Position numbers and translations under genes: made by a program. DNA of 63,572 nt, the filler included, from Octopus bimaculoides (taxonomy: Eukaryota), in assembly GCF_001194135.2 (NCBI RefSeq). It is 5 parts of 5 records of this genome, joined end to end, with 100 filler letters (N's around TTAATTAATTAA, not from the genome) between each part and the next. Parts side by side here need not be neighbours in the genome. Positions count along the whole stretch, not along the records: positions 47,766 to 61,871 come from NC_068983.1; positions 61,972 to 63,572 come from NW_026343394.1; 3 more parts are not named here. One strand, given 5' to 3'. Each line of letters opens with the position of its first letter. Position 1 is the first letter of the stretch. Shown here piece after piece: positions 50,776-62,851 of this stretch. The notes below the pieces were generated by a model. The model was given only the letters and a program-made list of their open reading frames with translations, had not been told where the DNA came from and did not search any database.

Positions 50776-51364
50776 GTAACAGTAATTATATCTCGGCACG
50801 TTTTCTTTGGTAATTTAAATGCATATTGTAGTTTTAATTAATAGAGCTTGGTTGTTTTGTATTTTAAACTACCTATGGGAACTGAAAAAATAAATTCCCA
50901 CCCCACGAATTGACTAATTTGTCATCGTTTTAAATATAGGAAGGACACATTGTTAGATATGTCTTTTGAGACTGGGATGGTTGTAGATGGTGCTTATATA
51001 TATATATATATGTACTCTGTCAAGTTAACCTACTTTTAAACAACCACAGGGTATCTAATATTCTATTCATATTTTGAGATTTACGAACTACGAATCTTTT
51101 TCTCTCGCACTCTCACAATATAATATAATATATATATACACATATATATATATATATATAAAAACTGATGCGAATAAAAACTAGGTTTGATGTGCTCATC
51201 TTCGCATGTGTATTCATTCGATCATTACTATCATTTTCTTTTATTTCTGCAGTTTAACTAGAAGATAACCCCAGGAGTTACTAAAAGAAAAATAGCACAA
51301 GATACTAATTACAATATTTTTTTTTACTTAATTCTACATTACCGTGTAGTATATTCCTGGTGAT

Positions 51365-51410
<46 letters not shown>

Positions 51411-52759
51411 TATATAAGTTGGTTCACTCCTTGCACCAACGAAAAAAATGCAGTCTTAGAAAATCTTGTAAATAAAGTCCCAGGAGTAGGGTCGTAGAGA
51501 GGGCGAAAGTAATTATGCCAAAAATACAATTTGGTCACAGGTAGAACTCTTCTAAAGAAAAATTGGCCTTTTAGGAAAACAGACTTATTATAAAGCGTTC
51601 AGCATCATGAAAAAGCGACTAAACTCATGTTTGAAACAAATTGTCAAAAAAGGAAATTAAAAAAAAAAAACTTCATCCAGCATGGCCGCAGCTCTAAGCT
51701 GAAACTTAAAAAAAAAAAAAATAATAATCGTAGCCCCAAACTCAGATCCTAAACCTTAATCTCAAAATCCTAACTCCTGGACTTTTTTAGTAATGCATTT
51801 TTGTTTTCTTTTTGGTAAGGTATCAACCATTTCCCATTTTGAAAATGTTCCTTTCTGGAGCTTAAAATTCAAGGATATCCATGTATGATTGTCATACGCA
51901 CGTTTAAGAAACATTTTGAATCATGCATAAATTTATGGTCGACTCTATAAGTTTCTTAGATTCGTTTCTAAATATTACAATTGCATGTAATATGCTTTAA
52001 AAAAATAGTCTAATTTATTGTTTTATTTTTCTGTATCATTTCTTGCTGATATTTTAAAAACTGTTTTTGTTGTTATTGTAATGGATTAACATACGTGAAT
52101 GGCAGGTTGTATCTTATTCACACACTCGCAATAAATTACACAACACAAACAGGTTGGGTTTCTATCCAGCCAACGGACATAGAAATAGCTAGGAAATTCT
52201 CAAACAACGAATGCAGGTCGCAAGCCTACTTGATTATCCTCATATTTATTCCATGGGTGATTGCTGAGACAATGCAGTATTGAATTGAATAGAAGTATTT
52301 AACAGGCGTAACTGGTAGACGTTATTATGGAGGTTAAGTATTTACAGATTCGAACTCAGTATTGATATTCTGTATCTCAAAAACTATCGGCCCTAAATTT
52401 GTAAACATTCATATTACATAGCACACACATGCATGTGAGTGTGTGTGTGCTATATTCTCCCACGCACTTACGAAATTATCTACCCTTTCCTTCTCTCCTG
52501 ATCCCACAATTTATATTCTCCCTTACACTCACCCTCTTGTATCTTGAAAGTACTCTATCTTTATCACCTTTTCTGCTATTCTCACTGACCCTCGCATAAT
52601 GTGGAGTAACTGTATATTTCCTCTGTAGTTAGACATCTGTGCTTGTCCCACTATCATACTTTAGCCTTCAACACTAGACAAAAAGCTGCCTCCCCCTCAG
52701 TTGAAGGGGCTTTTCTCTTTCTCTTTCTTTATCTTGTCTTACCAGTTATTTAGTGACCT

Positions 52760-52955
52760 CAGTAGTGCCAGTGTCATGAAAAAAGGCACCCACTACTCTC
52801 TGTAAAATGTATGGCATTAGGAAGGGCATCCAACTGTAGAAACCATGCCAAAGCTGACATTGGGGTCTGACGCCATTCATAAGATCCTATCAAACGATCC
52901 TACTCATGTCAGCATGTAAAACTGACATTAAGGGAGGATAATGATGATGATGATG
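52760..52955 (+). mobile_element. SINE family V, decayed
   Basis: GGCATTAGGAAGGGCATCCAACTGTAGAAACC...(GAT)n. Confidence 0.75.
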
Positions 52956-53164
52956 GTTGTCTATGAAGGTTGTAATACCAATAAAAACTGCCTCATTCTT
53001 TCAAACAGTGCAACTTGCCAGCACGGAAAACAATTATGTATCATCATAAAATGATGATGATATATAATGCTTATCATTACTTATATTCTTTCTGGGATAT
53101 TTTGAGAAGTCTCTTATAAGGGAAGAATTAAAATTAAAGACAGTATTAATTCTTTGTCCCTTCC

Positions 53165-53565
53165 TTTGCTTTTTAACCACATAGACTTAGGTTCAAACCC
53201 ATTGCACTGAACCTTATGCACTTGTCTTGTTATTGCCTTGGGCCTGCCAATAATTTGTAAGTGGAAGTAATGTATATATTTTCAACCTTCATTTTCTGTG
53301 CTGGCATGGGTTGGGCAATATTTTGTCATTACATGTATTCTTTCTTGGATATTTTGAAAAGTTTTTTTTTTTTTTTATCATCACCACCACTTGACAACTG
53401 GTTCTGTAACTTAGTGATTTGGGAAAAGAGACTGATAGAATAAATACAAGACTTAAGAAAAAAAAAAAACAAGCACTGGTGTCAATTTGTTCCACTAAAA
53501 CCCCTCAAGGCAGTGGTCTAGCATGGCTGCAGTCCAATGACTGAAGCCAGTAAAATATAAAAAAG
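53165..53565 (+). mobile_element. SINE family A/B, decayed
   Basis: Head remnant GGTTCAAACCC and tail ...GCATGGCTGCAGTCCAATGACTGAAGCC. Confidence 0.6.
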
Positions 53566-54093
53566 AGATGGTAATGATTAGAAAGCCTTTGATCATTCTT
53601 TTTGATTAGTTCTGACTCGGAAATAAACAATAACAAGTGTATAGAAAGGCACTAGGAAGTGGAGAGGTGACATTCAGAATGTCACATTATACCCCCACTA
53701 CTATCACCACCATGTGATTCACCATAGCAATTTGGGAATATGCAGTATGTGTACCTCAGCAAGGCAGAAGCATAACATATCTAGGAAAATAAAACTATTA
53801 ATTGCATCTAGTTGTTCAGTCAACAAACTGGATGTTCTCAGTCTGCTCAGTTTGCAGTAATATTATTAATACAACATGTATGAGTTCAAATACTCGTTTA
53901 TTTCTTTTAATGTGTCTATCTTCAGAGCAGATGGTGTCAGTTCATAGAAAAACAAGTAAACATTAGCACACATATTTGTAGTTTGTTTGACAAATTGTCA
54001 TATTAAAAAGTGGCTTTCTTTAGTGTGTGTCAGTAGTCTCTTTTGTTAAAAAAATTCTCTTTTAACCATGTGTTATTTACAGATATTACTTAA

Positions 54094-54579
54094 TCCTTTA
54101 GTATGCAGATTATTCTGTCAAATCTAATGCTTATTAACTCATATTGTTTTAAATTACAGTATTTACATTAAACAGATAGGTTCCCCCACTTTGTTTGTTG
54201 TTACCACGTTTCGGTTGATATACTCTCCAGCCTTCATCAGGTGTCCTGGTGGAATTTTGAACCCAACCCTTTAATTGACTAATGGGGTACTCTGTTCTCA
54301 TTCCTAGGGTATTTTTTGCCGATATTATTATTTATTCAAGTCACTACTTTGGATTAAACCTGAAATCTTGGGGTTCGTAGCCTGCGCTCTTACATACGCT
54401 ATATGCCCAGTGTTTTAAATTAATCAAGAATTATGTTATCACTTCGAGATTTTGATGATGTGATTGTTTATTTTTAGAATGACATTGTAAGGTTGATGGG
54501 AGAGGTGAGATCTGGCCAGTTTGAACATAAAACTTGTTGAATTATTTGACCAGATATGGTCAGTTTGAATGCTAAAGGA
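54094..54579 (+). mobile_element. piggyBac-like MITE interrupted by a 255-bp insert
   Basis: TTAA flanks; both halves colinear with 9114-9332. Confidence 0.8.
54157..54411 (-). mobile_element. tRNA-headed, Penelope-tailed SINE-like insert with hammerhead family A copy 3 (54201-54245)
   Basis: 11-bp TSD GTTTTAAATTA (54146-56 / 54412-22); 5' ACTGGGCATATAGCG tRNA-like head; CTGATGA-A-GGCTG...CAACC-GAAAC; cleavage site lost by deletion. Confidence 0.8.
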
Positions 54580-54924
54580 TTAATCTATAACTTTTTCCTC
54601 TATACACAAACCTTCTACTTACTACCAAACAAGAATATCAATATATATTGCACACACACACAGACATATAATGCAAGATATGCTGTGATTGAGAAGGCCC
54701 AACAAGTAAAGTGAGATCACAGCCATAGCCTATACCAGTGTCGGATAACCAGCCCATTTAAAAAGTACCTTTGAATAATCAGGTGACACGCCATGCTTGA
54801 GGAGACCTATGAGTCAAGTAAAGTCAAATATCAAATCACAAATGAAAAGTGTAGTTGTGGCTGATGCCAGTGCTGCCTGACTGGCTCCCCATGATATATA
54901 TATATATAGAGAGAGAGAGGTACA

Positions 54925-55295
54925 GGAATGGCTGTGTAGTAAGTAGCTTGCCTACCAACCGCATAGTTTCGGGTTCAGTCCCACTGCGTGATACTTTGGG
55001 CAAGTGTCTTCTATTATAGCCTTGGGCCAACTAAAGCCTTGTAAGTGGATTTGGTAGACGGAAACTGAAAGTAGCTTGTCATATGTTTGTGTGTCTGTGT
55101 TTGTCCCCCCACCATCACTTGACAACCAATGTTGGTGTGTTTACATCCTTGTAACTTAGCGGTTTGGCAAAACAGACTGATAGAATAAGTACTAGGCTTA
55201 CACAAGAATAAGTCCTGGGACTGATTTGTTTGACTAAAGACAGTGATCCAGCATGGCCGCAGTCAAAATGACTGAAGCAAATAAAAAGATAAAAG
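54925..55295 (+). mobile_element. SINE family A head + tail B
   Basis: Best-preserved tripartite copy. Confidence 0.85.
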
Positions 55296-55403
55296 GACAT
55301 ATATATACACGTACATAGTTAATACAAATAAACGAATATAAATGGACAACATGAGGACATGCACAAGAAATATATTAGCTTGGTACTCGGTGATAGGAGA
55401 AAG

Positions 55404-55436
55404 TTTGACGTTTTGAGCATAGCTCTTTGTCAGAAA
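55404..55436 (-). ncRNA. Decayed hammerhead-like motif, family B
   Basis: TTT-CTGACAA-A-GAGC-tat-GCTC-AAAAC-GTC-AAA; G8 and G12 lost, both in CpG context. Confidence 0.5.
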
Positions 55437-55643
55437 AAGAAAGGGAAAAGAAATCTCCAACAGTGCCTGTGTAACATGTATATAATGTATGTGTGTACAA
55501 GCTAAATGCATTATATAATGAGGCAATCTCTACGCAATCAATCTGCTCAAAATAGCAGCCAAATTGCATTTTATTGTCTTGAAAGAGAAGGGTCAGATTG
55601 GGTAATGTAGGGGAAGAATTAACTGAAACAGTTAAGTCTAAAT

Positions 55644-55916
55644 CAGGGGTTTTCAAACTTTTTGACTTGCGGACCCCTTTATATTTCAGGCTTTACCTTA
55701 GGGACCCCCTTATAAACGCTTATGAAATTTATACATAAATATTTGCTTTAAATAACATATTTTTACATTTATTTATTTAACAGTATTTAACAAATAGGTT
55801 TATTGTCAATTAAAAGATTTCGATTAAAAAACATATATAAAATCAAACTGCTCATAAAAAGTATTTGCTGTCCACGGACCCCCTGTGGTCTGCGGACCAC
55901 AGTTTGAAAACCCATG
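55644..55916 (+). mobile_element. hAT (Charlie-like) MITE, 273 bp
   Basis: TIRs CAGGGGTTTTCAAAC / GTTTGAAAACCCATG; 8-bp TSD GTCTAAAT; empty paralogous site at ~60595-60760. Confidence 0.92.
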
Positions 55917-55971
55917 GTCTAAATGATGTGGAAGAAAGTAAAAGTAGAAAGCTTTGATAATTATCAACACA

Positions 55972-56125
55972 TGGTTGTATGATTGAGAAACATGCTTCCC
56001 AACCATGTGGTCTCTGGTTCAGTCCCACCATCCTGCACCTTGAACAAGTGTCTTCTGCTATGACCCTGGGACAACCAAAGCCTTGTGTGTGGGTTTGGCT
56101 GACAGAAACTGAAAGACGCCTGTCA
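55972..56125 (+). mobile_element. SINE family A head/core
   Basis: Matches 26330-26470 with CpG decay. Confidence 0.75.
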
Positions 56126-56519
56126 TATATATCACCATCATCATTTAATGTCAGTGTTTGTGTGTATCCTTAGCCGGACATCACATGACAGTTGTAAATG
56201 AGTATTATAGTGATACAAGTAAAAGTTGTTTGTTTCCAGTTTTCTATGAAAAACATGTCTGGCCAAGGGGAAATATTACTTTGTTTGATAACAGGCAAGG
56301 GTTGGCGACAGGAAGGGCATGGAAAATTGGATATAAGCATGGAAAATTGGATATAGGAATGATGATGTTGATACACACACAAACCACATACGCGACTACA
56401 CTGCACTCAGTTTTTTGAGCTGCTCAAAAGTAGTTCCTAAGTGTCAATAAAACCCTTTACCACTTACCTTTAAATCAAGATCACAGTTTTTAAGTTTAGA
56501 ATGCTGTATCCACCAAGAT

Positions 56520-57200
56520 AAATATTTAAATAAATGTAAATTCTCCTTAAATTGCTTGGCCCTTATCTCATGAAGCAGTTTCCTTTTTATCACAACCCTG
56601 GATATCACTTCTTCATTAGACACTTTGTCCATGCTATCCTCAATATTCTCCTAAAGAACCACATTTCACCCCTCTCCAAGCACTTTCTCATTTCTCATGT
56701 TATAGACCCAATCTCCTTTCCACACATTAGCGCAAGGTAGACATAGCAGTTCAATAAATGGGTCTTCGTCTTGATTTTCAGAGTATGTTTTCTCAAGATA
56801 TACAATTTTGAGAATACGAATTTTGCCAGCACTATTTGTCTTTTGATCTCCTTCATACATCTTGTGTCTTCTGTGATTAAAGTTCCAAAGTAGTTAAAGA
56901 ATTAATGATTTGATTGTTTGCTTTCAGCATGCACTTTGGGCTTCCCTTCTTTGTCACCACCATACACTTTGTCTTCTGGTAATTTATGAACAGACTCTTC
57001 CTCTCACTTTCTCTGACCACTATATCCAGAAGCCTCTGAAGCTCCTTTTCCAATTCTGCAAGTAAGACTGTCATCTACCTATCTCATGTTTGTGATATTT
57101 CTGTCTCCTACCCTAAAACCTTTTTCCTTCTCCACTTCCCTTATGATCAGTTCACCATAGTAATTGAAGAAATTTGGTGACACAACCCATTCCTGATAGC
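56520..57200 (-). mobile_element. RTE LINE RT domains 4-7 and downstream region
   Basis: QEWVVSPNFFNYY...RNITNMR*VDD (RQGCVLSP / NLRYADD); LAELEKELQRLLDIVVRES; MDKVSNEEVISRV. Confidence 0.88.
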
Positions 57201-57402
57201 TAAGTGAATTAAAGTGCAATGGAATTGTGTTAAATAAATAAAAACATGTTGTAAAGCACAGGTATGGCTGTATGGTTAAGCAGTTTGCTTTGTAGACTGT
57301 CTCATAGCAAAGCGTCTCAGGCGTATTTTGCTATAGCTCTGGGCCTTCTGAGTAAAGTGGGCAGATGAAAATTATAAGAAGCTTGTGCTCAGATGGCAAG
57401 TG

Positions 57403-57619
57403 CGAAGGGGTGCTGAAAAGTTCCTGGCTTAAAGGGTATCGTGAAAAGCCTGATTGTAGGCCCAACCTTCCGAGTTCTTTTAAAGGGCTTAGAAAAACTG
57501 AAAGATTGCTGCAATGCATGTGTGAATCTGAGAGGGGAATATGTTGAATAAAATCATAATTAACTGATCTGCCTGTATTTTCTTTTACCCAGAGCCAGGA
57601 ACTTTTCATTACCTCCTCG
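57403..57619 (+). mobile_element. Complete mariner-derived MITE (217 bp)
   Basis: TIRs CGAAGGGGTGCTGAAAAGTTCCTGGCT / AGCCAGGAACTTTTCATTACCTCCTCG; internal transposase C-terminus CVNLRGEYVE*. Confidence 0.88.
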
Positions 57620-58811
57620 TGTGTGTGTGTACATGAATGTGAATGACTTTGCTCATCACCACTTGAGGGAAACTGATATGTTTATATTCCTTGCTGACAT
57701 TATGACCAGTTGCTTTGTGCTTTCAAAGACCTGTGGAATTGAAAGAAAAACCCTTAGTTGAAAAATCCTCAATCATACCCTATTGAGGAAATGGATATAA
57801 AATGAACAAACATCTCCAGTGGATTTGATGTTTTTGTTATGTTGAATTGGACTACAGCCTTTTACCTTGGATCCCAGTACCATATCCAAGTAGGCAGTTC
57901 ATTTGTACACACTAGTTAATGTGGTGGTCATATCTGGAATGTTGTTCATATAGTGAAGTACAAGCCACTACAACAACAGACATACAAGCTATATATACAT
58001 TTTGAAAGGGAATTTCTGTGTGGTCATTCAACTTGCTAGAAATAATGGTTGAATCTCCTTCAAATCTTGATCCACACTTTTTAAAGAAAGGACTACATTA
58101 GATGATATAGTTTTACATGGTACTGAGAAGATGAAATGGTCGTGGACGGAGTTCTTTTGATCATAGATCTACTCATTTGGGACTGATTTAGTGACTAAAC
58201 AACAAAAACATCATCCAAAATTCTGAATCCTCTAGGTTCTTCCACATCTTAGGTCTGTTCCATCCCAACAACAATTCTAATTTGGGAAAATGGAAAATAC
58301 TACTAGAATCTGGAAATGAAGGCAACTCTTTTGAAAATAGTGTTTATTAACATGTCGGATGTCATCATTCAGGCCTATAATCAGTTATTCCAACCATGGC
58401 TATCCTTACTTTTATTTTAAGCGTAAGATTATATTATCCTGTGTGACTGCATTCTTTTTTTTTTTTTTTTTTTTTTTTTGACAGCAGATGCTTTGAGAAG
58501 AATAATAGTTGCTTATTTTTAGCAGCATGAGCCATCACAGGCGGGTTTCCTCATTGGCTCAATCACAATGTTTGTTCATTATTATGAGTCACAGTTTGGT
58601 TACTGCTTAAAATTATTTTTCCTAAAATAAAATTTTAAAAAAATCTTTTGATAGTTAACCTACTTCTGTGGCTATTCTCTTTCTATAATTTTTACTTTGT
58701 ACGGAATAAGAATGACCAGTTTTGGGTTTGATTTATAATACATTTAATTAAAAAGTTACTTCTGGTGTATATTGTAACTTATGATATATTGGAAATGTAA
58801 TATATATGGGT

Positions 58812-58965
58812 GGAGGTGTGGCTGTATGGTAAGAAGTTTGCTTCCCAATCACATGATTCTGGGTTCAGTCCCACTTCATGGCACCTTGGGTGTCTTTTAC
58901 TATAGCCTCAAGTCAATCAAAGCCTTGTGAGTGGATTTGGTAGACAGAAACTGAAAAAAGCCCAG
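58812..58965 (+). mobile_element. SINE family A head/core
   Basis: GTGGCTGTATGGTAAGAAGTTTGCTTCCC...GGGTTCAGTCCCAC. Confidence 0.8.
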
Positions 58966-58967
58966 TT

Positions 58968-59026
<59 letters not shown>

Positions 59027-59429
59027 TTGCTGTTATGCAAAAGTGTCATAAGTCCAAAACATTGCTCTTTTAGAAAACAAAAAAATACTTTTACCATTCC
59101 ATCTCTTTTTATATTAGCAACAGTTTCAGCTAAAACAATAATACTTTGTTGGGTGCATAAAATCGTAACTCCATGCATGTATGATATTTTCAGTCAGAAA
59201 TATTTTTGCAAAGCTGTCATATGTGGGACTTACTACAGTTTTGAAAAATGCTAAACTGTTGTACTACACTTTGACAATTTTCATCTGGAGCAGCTGGAGA
59301 TACGATAGTTTGACCAAAAGAACCAACTATTGCAAGCAAAAATAAATATTGAAAAAAAAAACACATTTGGCCCTATTTGGATATATGACAGTTTAACATA
59401 ACAGCAACGATACACACACACACACACAT

Positions 59430-59675
59430 ACTTGTATGTCTTTGCATCTGTGTCTGCCCCCCCACCACCACCACCACTCCTTGACGACCAGTGTTGGTTC
59501 GTTTACATTCCTGTATCTTAGCATTGAGGAAAAGGAGTCCGATAGAATGAGTACCAGGCTTTAAAAAAAAAAAATGAGATATCTCCTGGGATCAATTCTT
59601 TTGACAAAAATATTCTTCAAGGCAGTGCCCCAGCATGGCCACAACCTAATGACTGAAGCAAGTTAAAGATACAAG
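59430..59675 (+). mobile_element. SINE tail B
   Basis: ...GATAGAATGAGTACCAGGC...CCCCAGCATGGCCACAACC. Confidence 0.7.
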
Positions 59676-60879
59676 ATATGTTCCTTCATTTTCGTTTTTG
59701 TGTCCATTTTATCATTCTGGCATGAGTTAGACAAATCTGTCATCAAGGCATTGTTTTGCAGCTAGATGCCCTTCCTGTCTCTTAGACTTGTTTTCCTTTT
59801 TTTTTTGTTTTTTAGTAAGGGATTTCTTATTCACACATTTTCAAAAGCATAAAGCTGTCAGTTCCCTTCTTGACAGGGGAATTGACAGCAAACAACCATT
59901 TTGAATGGTTTTAGAGGAGCTGGGGGATGCACCAGGCTCCATAGTCTGTGTTTGCCATGGTTTTAACAACAATCACTTTACAGAGTGTACTGGGCACTTT
60001 TTATGTGGCACCAGCACAAGTGACATCAGCACCAGTGCTATTAACATGGCACCATATCTAGTGTTGTGCTTTTTTGCAATACACATTACCAAAATTTTTT
60101 GACTCTGGGTCCAGATATACATTCCATTCCTATATCCTTATGTTAAACTGTATTATCAGAGCAGGGACAGACTAGATTGTTATGGAAAGGAGTTGCATAA
60201 TATCAGAATAAAGACAAAACTAAATGTTGGTATTTTGAATACATTTAATACATGTGTTTGTTCCTATTCTGATTAAGTATATGGTAATCAAGAGTAGATC
60301 ATTTTCAATAGTTTCTGTCTACAGTAATTTGTATATTATGCAAATAAAAGTAACTGGAGAAGTATTGATATTTTAAAGTCGATAGTTGTATGGTAGACTA
60401 TTACAAGATAACTGCTGATGGAGCCTTTTAGCTCCACCTACCTGACACCACTTCTGCTGATTCTTTCATATAAAAACCACCTGTTTCAGTTTATTTGATA
60501 TTTAAGTTAAAACTATCCATCATTAATTTTATGTAAGAATATTGTTGTCCCAAATACCAGCAAAATTTATTAAATAATGAGCCAAAGAAGCAGTATCTAC
60601 ACAATCAATCTGCTCAAAATAGCAGCCAAATTGCATTTTACTATCCTGAAAGAGAAAGGTCAGATTGGGTTATGTAGAGGAAAAAGAAGCTAAAACAAAT
60701 AGCTATGTCTAAATGAGGTGGAAGAAAATAAAAGTAGAAAGCTTAGATAATTATCAACCCTTAATTTATCAAATTAAAGACACAAACCAATTAGAGACCT
60801 GTTTGGTTGTATAACCTGCTGAAATAAGAAACCAAATCTTTATAGCATAGCCTGTTTATTCACATCTGTTGTACAGTAC

Positions 60880-61422
60880 TCAAGAAGACCTGCCCACCAC
60901 AAAAAAATTTGTATCCAAAAACAGACGTGCCATGTAAAAAGTATTGGCGTTGGTGCCACATAAAAAGAACTGGCAATGGTGCTACATAAAAAAGCTCCCT
61001 ATACATTGTGGAGTGGTTGGTGTTGGGAAGGGCATCCAGCTGTAGAGGCCAAGCCAAAACAGGCTATGGAACTTGGTGTGGCCCCTGGCCTCACTAGCTC
61101 CTGTCCATGCCAGCGTGGAAAACAGATGTTAAATGATGAAGTGTGGGGACATTTTGGATTTGTGGTCTTTATACAGTTTGGCTACAAATTAAGAAGAAAA
61201 AAACAGTGTGGCCGTTGCCAGTACCACCTGACTGGCCTTCGTGCCAGTGGCACGTAAAAGCACCCACTACACTCTTGGAGTGGTTGGCGTTAGGAAGGGC
61301 ATCCAGCTGTAGAAACTCTGCCAAATCAGATTGGAGCCTGGTGTAGCCATCTGGTTCACCAGTCCTCAGTCAAATCATCCAACCCATGCTAGCATGGAAA
61401 GCAGACATTAAACAATGATGAT
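60880..61422 (+). mobile_element. Two adjacent SINE family V copies (60880-61140; 61215-61422)
   Basis: Both have GGAAGGGCATCCAGCTGTAGA and end ...GATGTTAAATGATGA / GACATTAAACAATGATGATG. Confidence 0.8.
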
Positions 61423-61831
61423 GGTCATAATTGGATTGCCTTTGGTGGTTGGGACTAATCTGCTACTACTTCTTCACCAGATATGCAGGGTGTGGCAGTG
61501 GCCGTTATAGAATTGCTGCATCAGACCCTCAAATTTACTGATCTTTCATGCTTGCATTATTTTTCTACAACCCCACTTTGATTCATTCATCTTGTTAACA
61601 TCTGTTTTTCCTATGCTAGCAGGGTCTAAGGGGTGCGGATGGGGGCATGATTTATACAGTCAGATGCTCGTCATCTCAACAACCCACCTGTTTTTCAAGT
61701 ATGAGATTTATTCTCATCCAGTAGGTGTTTGAAAACAAACAATCGTAATGTCAACAACGAATGTAAACATCAAATCAGTGTTTTGCTCCCACAAAGCTGA
61801 GGAGTGTCAGTAGTCACACACACATTTATCC

Positions 61832-61871
<40 letters not shown>

Positions 61872-61999
61872 NNNNNNNNNNNNNNNNNNNNNNNNNNNNN
61901 NNNNNNNNNNNNNNNTTAATTAATTAANNNNNNNNNNNNNNNNNNNNNNNNNNNNNNNNNNNNNNNNNNNNTACATACATACATACATACATACATACA

Positions 62000-62451
62000 A
62001 ACGTGTAACATAATGGGATATGTAACACACTGCCTAAATACCAATCTTGTGAAATTAGGCGTCTCAAAACCAAAAAGGAGAAAGCTGATTAGAAGACTAC
62101 AGATCCAAACCATCACTGGAAATGTAAAGATCTGTAAAACTTTCAAGAAGGTTATCATTTAAATATATATGAGCATATATTGATATGCAACTAAATGCAT
62201 GAGAATACATACATAAAGCAAAACATAAAAATCTGTACATTTACATACATAAATACATACATACATAAATACATCATAAAACAAACATATACAAATCTGC
62301 GCATACACTAACACCAAATACTGCACACACACACATATGCACAAATACCTAGATGATGTTGATAAAAGTTCCAATGAAGGAGCCTTGAATCTATGTTAGA
62401 GTCCGGCTCTTTCTCTATTGACAAGAAATAGAGAAATGAAACTGATTGATA
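62000..62451 (+). mobile_element. R4/Dong-like 3' end with full UTR
   Basis: GYVTHCLNTNLVKLGVSKPKRRKLIRRLQIQTITGNVKICKTF; (ATAC)n at both junctions. Confidence 0.82.
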
Positions 62452-62465
62452 ACATACATACATAC

Positions 62466-62851
62466 ATAGAGGTCAGCTGCTCTGTAGATGTGAATATCTC
62501 CTTGAAAATCAAAGAGAAAGACAATAACTATGGACGACTGTTTCGAAATCTCCAGCTTCTATATCCAGATTATATATTCACTTTTATACCAATAGTAATT
62601 GTTGCAGTTGGTTTTGTGACAATTCGGGTAAGCTAAGGTAAGCTAAGGTTTTCACTAAAAGAAATCAGCCATTTAACTCGCACATTACAAATACAATCTG
62701 TAAGCGGAACAGTAAAAATATGCAAGATTTTCTCAAGTTTAAACTGTAACATTGTTTCCGTTATCTACGTTCCAATAAAAGCACTTTGGGTCTTTGTTAG
62801 AAATCTGTTCCTTCCTCACAGGAAGAATTTAAAATTGAAAATAAAAGAGAA
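62466..62851 (+). mobile_element. Second R4/Dong-like 3' fragment (RLE region)
   Basis: IEVSCSVDVNISLKIKEKDNNYGRLFRNLQLLYPDYIFTFIPIVIVAVGFVT...LQIQSVSGTVKICK; (ATAC) repeats at both ends. Confidence 0.82.
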
